From Deltaproteobacteria bacterium RIFOXYD12_FULL_55_16 (lineage in GTDB: Bacteria; Desulfobacterota; Desulfobulbia; Desulfobulbales; Desulfurivibrionaceae), in NCBI GenBank assembly GCA_001799255.1, contig MGTC01000035.1, positions 65,024 to 120,116 on the forward strand: 55,093 nt of DNA, given 5' to 3'. This document shows positions 27,067-36,238 of the stretch, piece after piece. A program made the translations under genes and the position numbers. The notes beneath the pieces are model-generated. The model searched no databases. It was not told the DNA's origin and worked only from the letters and a program-made list of their open reading frames with translations. The stretch's first letter is position 1; each line of letters starts with the position of its first letter.

Positions 27067-28929
27067 ATGAGAATAAAAGCGATCATCGGCTTTATTATTC
27101 TGACCCTGCTTTTTTTCAGCGGCGGGATCTATATCACCACGGCCAACAATCGGGCCATCGAAAACCTGCAAAATGTCGTGCGCCTGCACGAGGTGGCCCA
27201 TCGCCGGGCCGACCTGCTGAACAAGATCAAGCTGGCGCAAGCTGATCTGCTGCTGGCCGACTCCCCCCACGCCGCCAGTCTCGACATCGTTATCACCCGT
27301 GGCGAGGAGATCGCTTCCTCGGTTAACACCTGCTTCAACTGCCACCACTCCAACGAAATACTGCAACGTTTCACCCTGATCAGAAACGCGATGAACGATT
27401 ACCTGCAGAAGCTGGGCTGGGCCTATGGCAGCGCCAGGGCCCAGCAAAGCAAAAGAATCTCCCCGGAAATATCCAACGACGCTTACAAGAGCGGAGAACG
27501 GCTTTACGAGGAGGTATTCGGGCTGTCCAATCTTTCGGCCCACAAGATCTCAGACAAGATTGCCCTGGCCGAGAAAGAGATCACCAGAGCCAAGCACCTG
27601 ATCCTGACCCTGGTGATCGGCGGCCCGTTCGTGACCCTGCTGCTGATCTTCTTTTTCATCAGACGCTTCACCACCTCCATTTCCGTACTCACCAGGGCAA
27701 CGGGCAGGATCAGGGAAGGCGACCTGACCCACACCATCACGGAACAACTCCATGACGAGTTTCAGGATCTGGCCACCGCCTTCAACCAGATGGCCGTCTC
27801 CCTGAAAAGGCAGTGCGACCAGGTGGCGGCTGCGGAAAATCGTTATAAAATCCTCTTTGAATCAGCGGTGGACGCCATCTTCATCCTGGAAGCGGAAGGA
27901 GAACAGGCGGGGAAGATCATCGCCGCCAATCAGGCGGCGGCAGACATGCACGGCTATTCGGTGAACGAACTGCTTCGCCTTAAAATCCAGGATCTTGCCC
28001 CCCAGGAAACCGGAACCATGCCCCCGGAACGCCTCAAGCGCCTGCTGAGCGGCGAAAAGATCGAGTACCGGACAGAACACCGGAAAAAAGACGGTGTCGC
28101 CTTTCCGGTGGACTTCAGCGCCGGTCTGCTGGAAATCGCAGACAGCAAGTACATTCTCGCCTTTTATCGGAACATCACCCTGCGGGTTCGCACCGAAGAA
28201 GCGCTGCAACGCTCCCGGCAGCTGGCCACGGTGGGACAGATGGCGGCAGGCCTGGCCCATGAGATAAAAAACCCCCTGGCCGGGATCAAGGTTTCCATGG
28301 AGGTTCTGGTAAGCGAGCTGGAACTTTCCCCCCAGGACAAGGAGGTATTCATCCGCATCGTCGGGGAGGTTCAGCGGATCGAGACCCTGCTCCGTAACCT
28401 GCTTAACTACGCCAGGCCTTCCCGTCCGGCTTTTTCCCTGATCGATCTGAACGTCCAGCTGGAAAACTGCGTCAGAAACGCGGAGATGATCCTTAAATCG
28501 CCTGAATATACCGGAGAGAACAGCAAACGGATCATCTTCCGCCGCGACATGGCGGCCAACCTCCCCCTGATCAACGCGGATCCCGATCAGTTGCAGCAGA
28601 TTTTCCTGAACCTGTTTTTAAACGCCATCGCGGCGACCCCTGGAAACGGGACTATCTCTGTGGCTACCCGGCCCGGCCCGAACAATACAGTGCTGGCGGA
28701 GGTGTCCGACACGGGCAAAGGCATGATGCCCCAGACCTGCGCCGAGATCTTCCAGCCGTTTTTCACGACCCGGCCCAAGGGCAACGGCCTGGGGCTGGCA
28801 ATCAGCAAACGGCTGATGGAACTGCACCAGGGCGAGATCAAGGTTTTCAGCCTGCCAGGCCAGGGCGCCACTTTTCTCCTCACCTTTCCCGTGGAACAGA
28901 CGAAGGAACAGGAGGCTGCGCACCCATGA
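27067..28929 (+). CDS. Sensor histidine kinase (periplasmic CxxCH, HAMP, PAS, HisKA, HATPase)
   Basis: 2 TM, CFNCHH between them, AHEIKNPL H-box, N/G1/F/G2 boxes. Confidence 0.92.
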   Translation: MRIKAIIGFIILTLLFFSGGIYITTANNRAIENLQNVVRLHEVAHRRADLLNKIKLAQADLLLADSPHAASLDIVITRGEEIASSVNTCFNCHHSNEILQRFTLIRNAMNDYLQKLGWAYGSARAQQSKRISPEISNDAYKSGERLYEEVFGLSNLSAHKISDKIALAEKEITRAKHLILTLVIGGPFVTLLLIFFFIRRFTTSISVLTRATGRIREGDLTHTITEQLHDEFQDLATAFNQMAVSLKRQCDQVAAAENRYKILFESAVDAIFILEAEGEQAGKIIAANQAAADMHGYSVNELLRLKIQDLAPQETGTMPPERLKRLLSGEKIEYRTEHRKKDGVAFPVDFSAGLLEIADSKYILAFYRNITLRVRTEEALQRSRQLATVGQMAAGLAHEIKNPLAGIKVSMEVLVSELELSPQDKEVFIRIVGEVQRIETLLRNLLNYARPSRPAFSLIDLNVQLENCVRNAEMILKSPEYTGENSKRIIFRRDMAANLPLINADPDQLQQIFLNLFLNAIAATPGNGTISVATRPGPNNTVLAEVSDTGKGMMPQTCAEIFQPFFTTRPKGNGLGLAISKRLMELHQGEIKVFSLPGQGATFLLTFPVEQTKEQEAAHP

Positions 28930-30323
28930 AAATCAAAGGAAGAATCTTTGCCGTAGACGATGACGAACTCATTGTGAGCATGCTTGCCAGGGCCTTGAAA
29001 AACGAGGGCTACGAGGTGCATTTCCAGACCACGACCAGGGAAGTGGTCGCTAACATCGCCGCCTGGCATCCCGACATCGTCTATCTTGACATCGACATCG
29101 ACGAGGAGATGAACGGGCTGGACATCCTTGCCGCCATCAAGAAGGAGGGCATTGCCACAAACGTGGTCATGCTCACCGGCGACGACTCGGCAGAATCAGC
29201 CATCCGGGCCATGAAGCTCGGGGCTATCGAGTACTTCACCAAGCCTTTCAATATCGAAGAAATAAAAATCGTCACCCACAACATCATCGAGAACAGCAGG
29301 CTGCGGGAGGAGGTCAATTACCTCCGGGAAAAGGACTCCCGCGCCCCGGACAAACAGTTTATCGGCGAATCCCCGCTCATCCAGAACATCCTGGCCAAGG
29401 CGAAAAAACTGGCTCTGGTGCATGCCGACACCATTCTCATCACCGGAGAATCAGGCACCGGCAAGGAAGTCCTGGCCCGCCAGATCCATACCTGGAAAGA
29501 AGCGGCTGGAGGCGCTGACCAGGAACACACCCCCTTTCTGGCAATCAACTGCACGGCTCTGCCGGAAAACCTCATTGAAAGCGAACTGTTCGGCCACACC
29601 AAGGGTGCCTTCACCGATGCCCGGGCCGACAAAAAGGGGGTTTTCGAGCTGGCCGCAGGCGGAACCCTGCTCCTGGACGAAATCGGGGACATGCGTCTGG
29701 ATCTGCAGGCGAAACTGCTGCGGGTGGTTGAGGATCGCAAGGTCAGGCGGCTGGGCGGCAGCATTGATCTGCCCATCAACACCACGGTGATCGCCACCAC
29801 GAACAAGGACATCAAGATTGCTGCGGAAAAAGGGGAGTTCCGCCGGGACCTCTTTTTCCGGCTGAGTACCTTCTCCGTCTGCCTACCGCCGCTGCGCGAA
29901 AGAGGCGACGACCTCCTCCTGCTGGCCAGGCATTTCCTCAAGTTTTTCGCCCAAAAGTACCTGAAAAAGAACATCAAGGGCTTTTCTGCAGAGGCGGAAA
30001 GGGAGATCCTGGCCTATTTCTGGCCGGGAAACGTGCGGGAGCTGCGCAATGTTATCGAACATTGCGTTGTCCTGGAGAACATGGAGACCGTGGAGTCGGA
30101 GCATCTGGCCCTGAGCCTGCCCAAGACCGAGAGCTTTGCCGAACGGCGCAAACTGACCCGCATCCTGCTGCCGGAAAACGGCATCTCCCTGGAAGAGGTG
30201 GAAAAGGATCTCATCACCCAGGCGCTGGAACGGGCAAACAACAACCAGACCAAGGCCGCCAAACTGCTGGGCATCTCCTACGACACCCTGCGCTATCAGG
30301 TGAAGAAGTTCGGGCTGGGTTGA
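28926..30323 (+). CDS. sigma54-dependent response regulator (NtrC family)
   Basis: REC domain, GESGTGKE, GAFTDA, WPGNVREL, Fis-type HTH. Confidence 0.95.
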   Translation: MKIKGRIFAVDDDELIVSMLARALKNEGYEVHFQTTTREVVANIAAWHPDIVYLDIDIDEEMNGLDILAAIKKEGIATNVVMLTGDDSAESAIRAMKLGAIEYFTKPFNIEEIKIVTHNIIENSRLREEVNYLREKDSRAPDKQFIGESPLIQNILAKAKKLALVHADTILITGESGTGKEVLARQIHTWKEAAGGADQEHTPFLAINCTALPENLIESELFGHTKGAFTDARADKKGVFELAAGGTLLLDEIGDMRLDLQAKLLRVVEDRKVRRLGGSIDLPINTTVIATTNKDIKIAAEKGEFRRDLFFRLSTFSVCLPPLRERGDDLLLLARHFLKFFAQKYLKKNIKGFSAEAEREILAYFWPGNVRELRNVIEHCVVLENMETVESEHLALSLPKTESFAERRKLTRILLPENGISLEEVEKDLITQALERANNNQTKAAKLLGISYDTLRYQVKKFGLG

Positions 30324-30329
30324 AAAGCG

Positions 30330-30510
30330 GAGTGCTTAGTGCTTAGTGCTGAGTACTGAGTGCTGAGTGCTAAGTGCTGAGTGCTGAGTGCTGAGTGCTA
30401 AGTGCTGAGTGATCGAAAACTCGGTAAGTCCACATTGTCCACCCCGTCCACACTGTCCACAAGCGAGGGTGATCAAGTCTGCTGTCTCAGCACTCAGCAC
30501 TCAGCACTAA
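30330..30510 (-). repeat. Composite repeat, copy 8
   Basis: (GTGCTGA)n array, then CTGAGTGATCGAAAACTCGGTAAGTCCAC...GTCCACAAG. Confidence 0.85.
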
Positions 30511-30514
30511 TCTT

Positions 30515-31228
30515 TCACGCAAACCTAACCCCGGCCCGGCAGGTTCGCTCGTCAATCATGGTACTCCAGGCAACCATCCCTGTCCGGCGCAGGCCGTCAT
30601 GCTCAAAACTGACCACCTGGGCGGAGCGCAGCGGGTACTCGGTAAAAAAACCTACCCCGTGCTCACTGAGGTCTATGGCCCTGGCCAGCAGTTGCAGGCG
30701 GCCGCCCTCGCCGTTTTCGATATCACTCATGGAATACCGGATATCCCCGGCAAAGGGCTTCCGCTCGTTTTTCCGCGCCTTTCTCTCAGGAAACTGCTCC
30801 ACGTTGAACCGGAAACCGGGGTGAAAATAACCGTCATCCGTGTGCAGGGCCCGCACCACGATCTCTTTTAATTCATGGAGATCGAAAGGCTTGGCGATGA
30901 ACTGCCAGGCGCCGCTCCCCAGCGTCTCCCTGAGATCTTCCCCCAGAATCGTGTCATCAACATAGCTGGCAGTCATGAGGATGATCCTGATGTTGGGGCA
31001 GAGATCCCTGATGGTCTTCATCAGCGCCAGATCATGCAAATCAGGCAGATGCACATCGAGCAGACAAAGATCATAGGAGGGGCAGGAGGAGAGTTTGCGA
31101 GCGGCCTCGGAAACCCCTGCGGCCGTGGCTACCACAACTCCTTCGGCTTGCAGGGCTTTTTCAAGCCCGTACAGAACGAGTTCGTCGTCATCGACTATCA
31201 GAATCTTTTTATGCACACGCCTCACCAT
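30515..31228 (-). CDS. Response regulator receiver fused to PilZ-like domain
   Basis: REC (VDDD...LLD...KPF) followed by RKNER (RxxxR) and DLSEHG (DxSxxG). Confidence 0.75.
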   Translation of the reverse strand: MVRRVHKKILIVDDDELVLYGLEKALQAEGVVVATAAGVSEAARKLSSCPSYDLCLLDVHLPDLHDLALMKTIRDLCPNIRIILMTASYVDDTILGEDLRETLGSGAWQFIAKPFDLHELKEIVVRALHTDDGYFHPGFRFNVEQFPERKARKNERKPFAGDIRYSMSDIENGEGGRLQLLARAIDLSEHGVGFFTEYPLRSAQVVSFEHDGLRRTGMVAWSTMIDERTCRAGVRFA

Positions 31229-31288
31229 TTCAGGATGGGTTAACAGGAGAAAAAGCAGGAATCAGCTCCGACCTCGTCATGGTTACCT

Positions 31289-31304
31289 AGCAATATATAT
31301 ACCA
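31289..31304 (-). promoter_or_regulatory. sigma54 promoter of the REC-PilZ gene
   Basis: Minus strand TGGTATATATATTGCT with correct GG-N10-GC spacing; TGG-N8-CCA site upstream at 31446-31459. Confidence 0.65.
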
Positions 31305-31625
31305 CCGCGCAGCCCAGGGCCACCATTCCTCTGAGATACGAGCAATCAGACGGAATTACAGCAAGATATCCAGCCCGCTGCGCCTGTGGCCTTTTCCCTC
31401 CCTAACGGAGCGGCAACAAATTTCTGTCATTTCCACAGCAGCTATTGGTATTTTTCCCAACCTGGCATGGTTCAGCATAGCTGCCGCGCGCGACAAGAGC
31501 AATCAAGATAAGTCCTGACTGCTGAATCAGTCAGCTTTCTGCGCCTGCTTTTTCCTTGCAACCCGTTTTTCGTCAGGTTATAAAAAATAACATCCAAACA
31601 CTTATCGATAAAACTGGAGGGAGCC

Positions 31626-32198
31626 ATGGGCCTTACCACACGGGAAAATTACCGGCTGTTTCTCTATCTGAAAACGTTCGGAATCATAGCGCTCGGCGCC
31701 CTGCTGGCCGGATGGGGAATATTCTGGCTGTTTCCGGCGGAGCTTGGCGAAAATTACAGCACTATAATGGCCTCAATGCGGGGGATAAGAAAGGTGCTGT
31801 ACTGGAAAGTTGCCTTACTCTACGCTGCGGTCGGGCTTCCCTGCATCCCGGCGATAGTGGCCCTGCACCTTTTCTATTCTCATCGCATCGCTGGCCCGAT
31901 ATACCGTCTCGGGGTGGAGGCGGGCAAAATCTCCCAGGGCTATCTCTGCGGCAATATCAAATTCCGGGCCAAGGACAATCTGACGGACATGGCCGACTCC
32001 CTGTGCCGCGTGGCCACCCACTACCAGGACAGCATCAACGCGATACGGAAAAGCCTGGCCGCAATCGAGAGCCAGTCACAAAGGGTCGTCAATCTCAGCC
32101 AGCAAGATAAGGACGAGCCGGAGCTAAGGCAGGCTTCGGAAGAAATTGCCAGCAACATAAAAAACATCGAACACAGCCTCATGGCAATAAGAACCTAA
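31626..32198 (+). CDS. Small 2-TM HAMP/coiled-coil protein (truncated MCP-like)
   Basis: 2 TM, SHRIAGPIYRL...G.L...FR..D.L HAMP segment, coiled coil. Confidence 0.7.
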   Translation: MGLTTRENYRLFLYLKTFGIIALGALLAGWGIFWLFPAELGENYSTIMASMRGIRKVLYWKVALLYAAVGLPCIPAIVALHLFYSHRIAGPIYRLGVEAGKISQGYLCGNIKFRAKDNLTDMADSLCRVATHYQDSINAIRKSLAAIESQSQRVVNLSQQDKDEPELRQASEEIASNIKNIEHSLMAIRT

Positions 32199-32210
32199 GG
32201 GGGTCCGAAT

Positions 32211-32807
32211 ATGTGGTTCAGCCCGTCCAGCAAACGAAAAATCTACTTCATCAAAAAAGATTTCCAGACCCGCTTCATCCTGAGGTTCGTCTTCGTGGCC
32301 ACCGCCTGGTCCGCAGCCACCGTGGGGCTGTACGCTTACCTGGCAAACAAGAAGCTGGAAAGATTGCGCTTTTCCAACCACATCGACATTACCACGACCA
32401 ACGAACTGCTGCTGCCCCTTACCGTCGGCGTCGCGACCATCTCGCTTCTCGTGTTCGCGCTCTTTCTGGCCTACACCTTCCACTCCTTGTGGAAGAGTCT
32501 CTCCCCGCCGCTGCTCATCATCAAGAAAGACCTTGCGAAAATGGCTGATGGAGAGCTTGCCAGCGCGATCAATCTCCCTGAACCTTATGAGTTCCAGGAC
32601 CTTGCCGCTGAACTGGACGAGATGCGGGAAGCGCTGCGAGAGAAAATAGTCCGGCTCAAGAACCAGCAGCTTATCCTGGCCGCTGCGGCCGCCGAACTAA
32701 ATGGAGCCATTGCCACAGGTTCGCCTTCGTCCGCCAGTGCGGCAGCGCTTCGCTTAGCACTGGCACAGATGCAGGTAGATGTCAATGCCTTCCATTATCC
32801 ACAGTGA
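32211..32807 (+). CDS. Small 2-TM HAMP/coiled-coil protein (truncated MCP-like)
   Basis: KR..YFIKKDFQ N-terminus, 2 TM, HAMP (MADGEL...EFQDLA). Confidence 0.7.
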   Translation: MWFSPSSKRKIYFIKKDFQTRFILRFVFVATAWSAATVGLYAYLANKKLERLRFSNHIDITTTNELLLPLTVGVATISLLVFALFLAYTFHSLWKSLSPPLLIIKKDLAKMADGELASAINLPEPYEFQDLAAELDEMREALREKIVRLKNQQLILAAAAAELNGAIATGSPSSASAAALRLALAQMQVDVNAFHYPQ

Positions 32808-32844
32808 TGAAGAAAGACCTGAAATCGGATTAGCGGGGGCACAC

Positions 32845-33279
32845 ATGATTTGTCAGGATAAAAAGAAACACCGGCTTCTTCTGAAGCCCGCGATGATTGC
32901 GGCGGCCGTGGCGCTAAGCATCGCGCTTCTCTATGCCGCTGAGGTCTATCATAACGGGGTGATGGTCGAGGAGGAAGGGACTACGGTTGATTGCCTGAAG
33001 TGTCACGACGGCTCGAAGGAACTCCGCCCTGGCAAGGGCAAGATCGCCCCGGTCAGGAGCCACAAGGTTCTGGTCAAATATCCTCCGCCCGGCAGGGGCA
33101 AGGCCTTCAAGCCGCTGGCCGAGGTGTTGAAAGCCGGGATCAGATTCGAAAACGGCATGATCACCTGTATTTCCTGCCACAACTTGAACAACCCAAATAA
33201 AAATCACTTTGCCGTCGAAACCAACAACAGCGGCTATGCCCAGAAACTTTGCTATGCCTGCCATCTCGATATCGGCTGA
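32845..33279 (+). CDS. Small triheme c-type cytochrome
   Basis: N-terminal hydrophobic anchor; CLKCH, CISCH, CYACH. Confidence 0.8.
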   Translation: MICQDKKKHRLLLKPAMIAAAVALSIALLYAAEVYHNGVMVEEEGTTVDCLKCHDGSKELRPGKGKIAPVRSHKVLVKYPPPGRGKAFKPLAEVLKAGIRFENGMITCISCHNLNNPNKNHFAVETNNSGYAQKLCYACHLDIG

Positions 33280-33346
33280 TTCGTTGAATCGAGCCGCTTT
33301 TATATCCGTCTGGAAGCATGCAACATAAGCCTGCTAACTGGCAGGG

Positions 33347-34744
33347 CTAGCCAACAAGGCCGAATTTCTTCACCTGCCACCGGATGGCATTGTAACTGAT
33401 GCCCAGCAATTTGGCGGCTTGGGCCTTATTCTGGTTTGCCTTCTGCATTGCCTGCCAGATCAGATTCTTCTCAAGATCATCCAGGGATATCCCGCCCTCC
33501 GGCAAAATGAAGTAGCAAACCCCTTCGACGTCTCCAGCAGTCAATAACGAATTGCTCCCCCCCTGCCTGAAAGGCAGATGCTCAGGGGTAATGATTTCTG
33601 CCTGCTCCAGCACGACTATTCGTTCGATCGCATTTTTCAGCTCCCGGATATTACCTGGCCAATCGTATGCTTTCATCGATGCTTCCGCCGCCGGCGAAAA
33701 TCTCTTCACATTTTTCTTGTTATATTTCTGAGAAATAATGGAAAGAAAATATTCCGCAAGCAAGGGAATATCCTCCTTAATCTCCCGCAAGGGTATGGTC
33801 TGCAGGGCAAAGCCGTTCAGACGATAAAACAGATCCATCCGGAAAGAGCCCTCGGCCACCATCTCCGCAAGATTCCTGTTCGTGGTCGCAATTACGGTCG
33901 CGTCAAGGGGGATTTCCTTGTTCCCGCCTATGCGCCTGATGGTTTTCTCCTCCAGCACCCGCAGCAGTTTACTCTGGAGATCAAGTTTCATCTCGCCAAT
34001 CTCATCAAGGAGAATCGATCCCCCGCAGGCCGCCTCAAACAACCCCTCCTTGTCAGATTTGGCGTCAGTAAAAGAACCCTTCTCGTAGCCAAACAGCTCG
34101 CTTTCAAGAATGGTTTCCGGCAACGCGGCGCAATTGACCGCGACAAAGGGCGCATGCCCTGAAGCGCAGCCGCCATAGCGCAACCGGTGGAGATAACGCG
34201 CCGTGACCTCCTTGCCGGTGCCGTTCTCTCCGGTAATCAGCACCGTGGAAACCCCGGCTTCGGCAATTCTACTGATTTCATTGCGCAGGTTTTTCACTGG
34301 TTCAGTCTGACCGATCAACTCCTTTTCAAAAATCGGGGCGCAGATTTTCCGGTAATAATCGACCTCATGCTTGAGTGTTCTGTTTTTTATGGTATTGCCG
34401 ATGACAATTACCACTTCGTCTATGTCGAAAGGCTTGGTTAAATAATCCCCAGCCCCGAGCTTCATCGCCTTGATGGCCGTTTCCGCCGTATCATCTGCGG
34501 TCAGCATCACCACTTCCGTGTCGATATCCTCCTGTTTGATTTCCTCCAGCAGTTCCAGACCATTTTTCCCCGGCATATTGATGTCGAGCAACAGAACATC
34601 TGGAGACCAGGCTCTCATCTTGCTCAGCAGGTTCTTGCTTTCGGCCACGGTGTGAACCTGATAGCCATTGTTGCTTAAGGCCTTCAAGAGCACGGTGACG
34701 ATAAGCGCATCATCGTCCATAAGGAGAATCTTGCCAAGGCTCAT
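33347..34744 (-). CDS. sigma54-dependent response regulator (NtrC family)
   Basis: REC domain, GENGTGKE, GSFTDA, WPGNIREL, HTH; paralogue of 28926..30323. Confidence 0.95.
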   Translation of the reverse strand: MSLGKILLMDDDALIVTVLLKALSNNGYQVHTVAESKNLLSKMRAWSPDVLLLDINMPGKNGLELLEEIKQEDIDTEVVMLTADDTAETAIKAMKLGAGDYLTKPFDIDEVVIVIGNTIKNRTLKHEVDYYRKICAPIFEKELIGQTEPVKNLRNEISRIAEAGVSTVLITGENGTGKEVTARYLHRLRYGGCASGHAPFVAVNCAALPETILESELFGYEKGSFTDAKSDKEGLFEAACGGSILLDEIGEMKLDLQSKLLRVLEEKTIRRIGGNKEIPLDATVIATTNRNLAEMVAEGSFRMDLFYRLNGFALQTIPLREIKEDIPLLAEYFLSIISQKYNKKNVKRFSPAAEASMKAYDWPGNIRELKNAIERIVVLEQAEIITPEHLPFRQGGSNSLLTAGDVEGVCYFILPEGGISLDDLEKNLIWQAMQKANQNKAQAAKLLGISYNAIRWQVKKFGLVG

Positions 34745-36192
34745 ACCTTTTCTATCCTTGCTTTTTGTTCGAGGGGAAAACGGATTTTAAACGCAGTGCC
34801 CGCCGCTTGACTGACTACAGTAATGCTGCCGCCAAATTGCTGAACAAGACGTTTGGTGGTTGCCAGGCCAAGACCGGTTCCCTTGGCTTTAGTGGTGAAA
34901 AATGGCTTGAAGATCTTGTCCGCAAGGCCTGCCGCAATTCCCTGGCCGGTATCGGCCACAACAACTTCCAGCCAATTTTCCTGAAAATTGCAGCGAGTTC
35001 TGACCGTCAAGACCCCGCCCTCCGGCATTGCATCTGCGGCATTGAGCATTAGATTCAAGAATATCTGCTGCTGTTGCAATGGATCAGTTGCCACCTCCGG
35101 CATATCTTCAGCGAACTCTTTAACGATTATGATCTTTTCCGGGCCGACCCTGGCAAAAGTAGGGTACCTGGGCAGCAGAACCATGATCTTATCGAGGAGT
35201 TCATTGAAATTTATCAGCATAAGACTGGGTTTGCTCGGTCGGGCATACAGCAGCAGCTCTTTCATCAGCGACTCGATGCGCCTGATCTCGCCGACTGCCT
35301 TCTCCAGGATAAGACGGTTTTCTGCCGGCATCTCGGTTTCAATCAGTTTCATAGCCCCCTTGATCCCGGCAAGGGGGGTTTTTATCTCGTGCGCCAGACC
35401 GGCGGCCATCTCTCCATACACGGTCAACTGTTCGGCTCGCTGCATCTCCTGGCATTGTTGATTGATTGAATAGGTCATCTCATTAAAAGCGTCCGCCAGT
35501 TCGGCAAATTCGTCTTCCAAATCTTCCTGAATCCGGTAATTCCACTCAGCATTCTTTATCCGTTTTGTCGCGCCAAGCAGGACACTGATCGGCCTGGCAA
35601 TGCTTCTGGCCAAGAGGATCCCCAGAGTGATGGCGATAAGCGGGCCTATGATTACGAGGGCAAAGAGGATCTTTTTGGAAAATTCTATGGCCTGAAGAGT
35701 TGTCTCGGTTTTTTTGCCCAGCTTTTCATTGGCAATTTCGATTATGACATTGACTTTTTTAACCAGTTCGTTGCCTTTCTGGAAAGCGGTGTCCTCTTCT
35801 TCCTCCAGCCTGGCAACATCAGCCCTGATCGTCAAAACCCTGCTTATGGCGTCCTGATATTGGCTGATGCCTTCCTGTAACTCGGTCAGGACGTCAACGA
35901 TATTGGCGGGATGATGACAACCGAAACATCTCCCCATGGTGGAACCCATGGTTCGCGCGTGGGTCACCATGATACTCGCTTCCCTGGCATAACGTGTATT
36001 CTTGAATTGCAGATCGGCTTGCACCCTTTTCAGATCCAGCAACAGGTGCTCGCGCAGCAGTTCAACCCGGTGCAGCTTGATGAGATTGTTCAGGGTTGTG
36101 ACGCCCCTTTCAATGGAAAAAACGATATAGCCGCCACTGATGAGAAAAAGGAGCGAAAAGACAAGCACTCCCAGGATGATCTTCTTTCTCAT
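34741..36192 (-). CDS. Sensor histidine kinase (periplasmic CxxCH, HAMP, HisKA, HATPase)
   Basis: 2 TM, CFGCHH, AHEIKTPL; no PAS domain. Confidence 0.92.
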   Translation of the reverse strand: MRKKIILGVLVFSLLFLISGGYIVFSIERGVTTLNNLIKLHRVELLREHLLLDLKRVQADLQFKNTRYAREASIMVTHARTMGSTMGRCFGCHHPANIVDVLTELQEGISQYQDAISRVLTIRADVARLEEEEDTAFQKGNELVKKVNVIIEIANEKLGKKTETTLQAIEFSKKILFALVIIGPLIAITLGILLARSIARPISVLLGATKRIKNAEWNYRIQEDLEDEFAELADAFNEMTYSINQQCQEMQRAEQLTVYGEMAAGLAHEIKTPLAGIKGAMKLIETEMPAENRLILEKAVGEIRRIESLMKELLLYARPSKPSLMLINFNELLDKIMVLLPRYPTFARVGPEKIIIVKEFAEDMPEVATDPLQQQQIFLNLMLNAADAMPEGGVLTVRTRCNFQENWLEVVVADTGQGIAAGLADKIFKPFFTTKAKGTGLGLATTKRLVQQFGGSITVVSQAAGTAFKIRFPLEQKARIEKV

Positions 36193-36238
36193 GTCTCACC
36201 TGCGATGAGATCGCGTTTCGCGACTTTCTGCGAGTTCA

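Noticed and set aside
31463-31478. TGGCATGGTTCAGC as a sigma54 promoter for 31626..33279
   Set aside because: GG-to-GC spacing is one base short of the strict requirement
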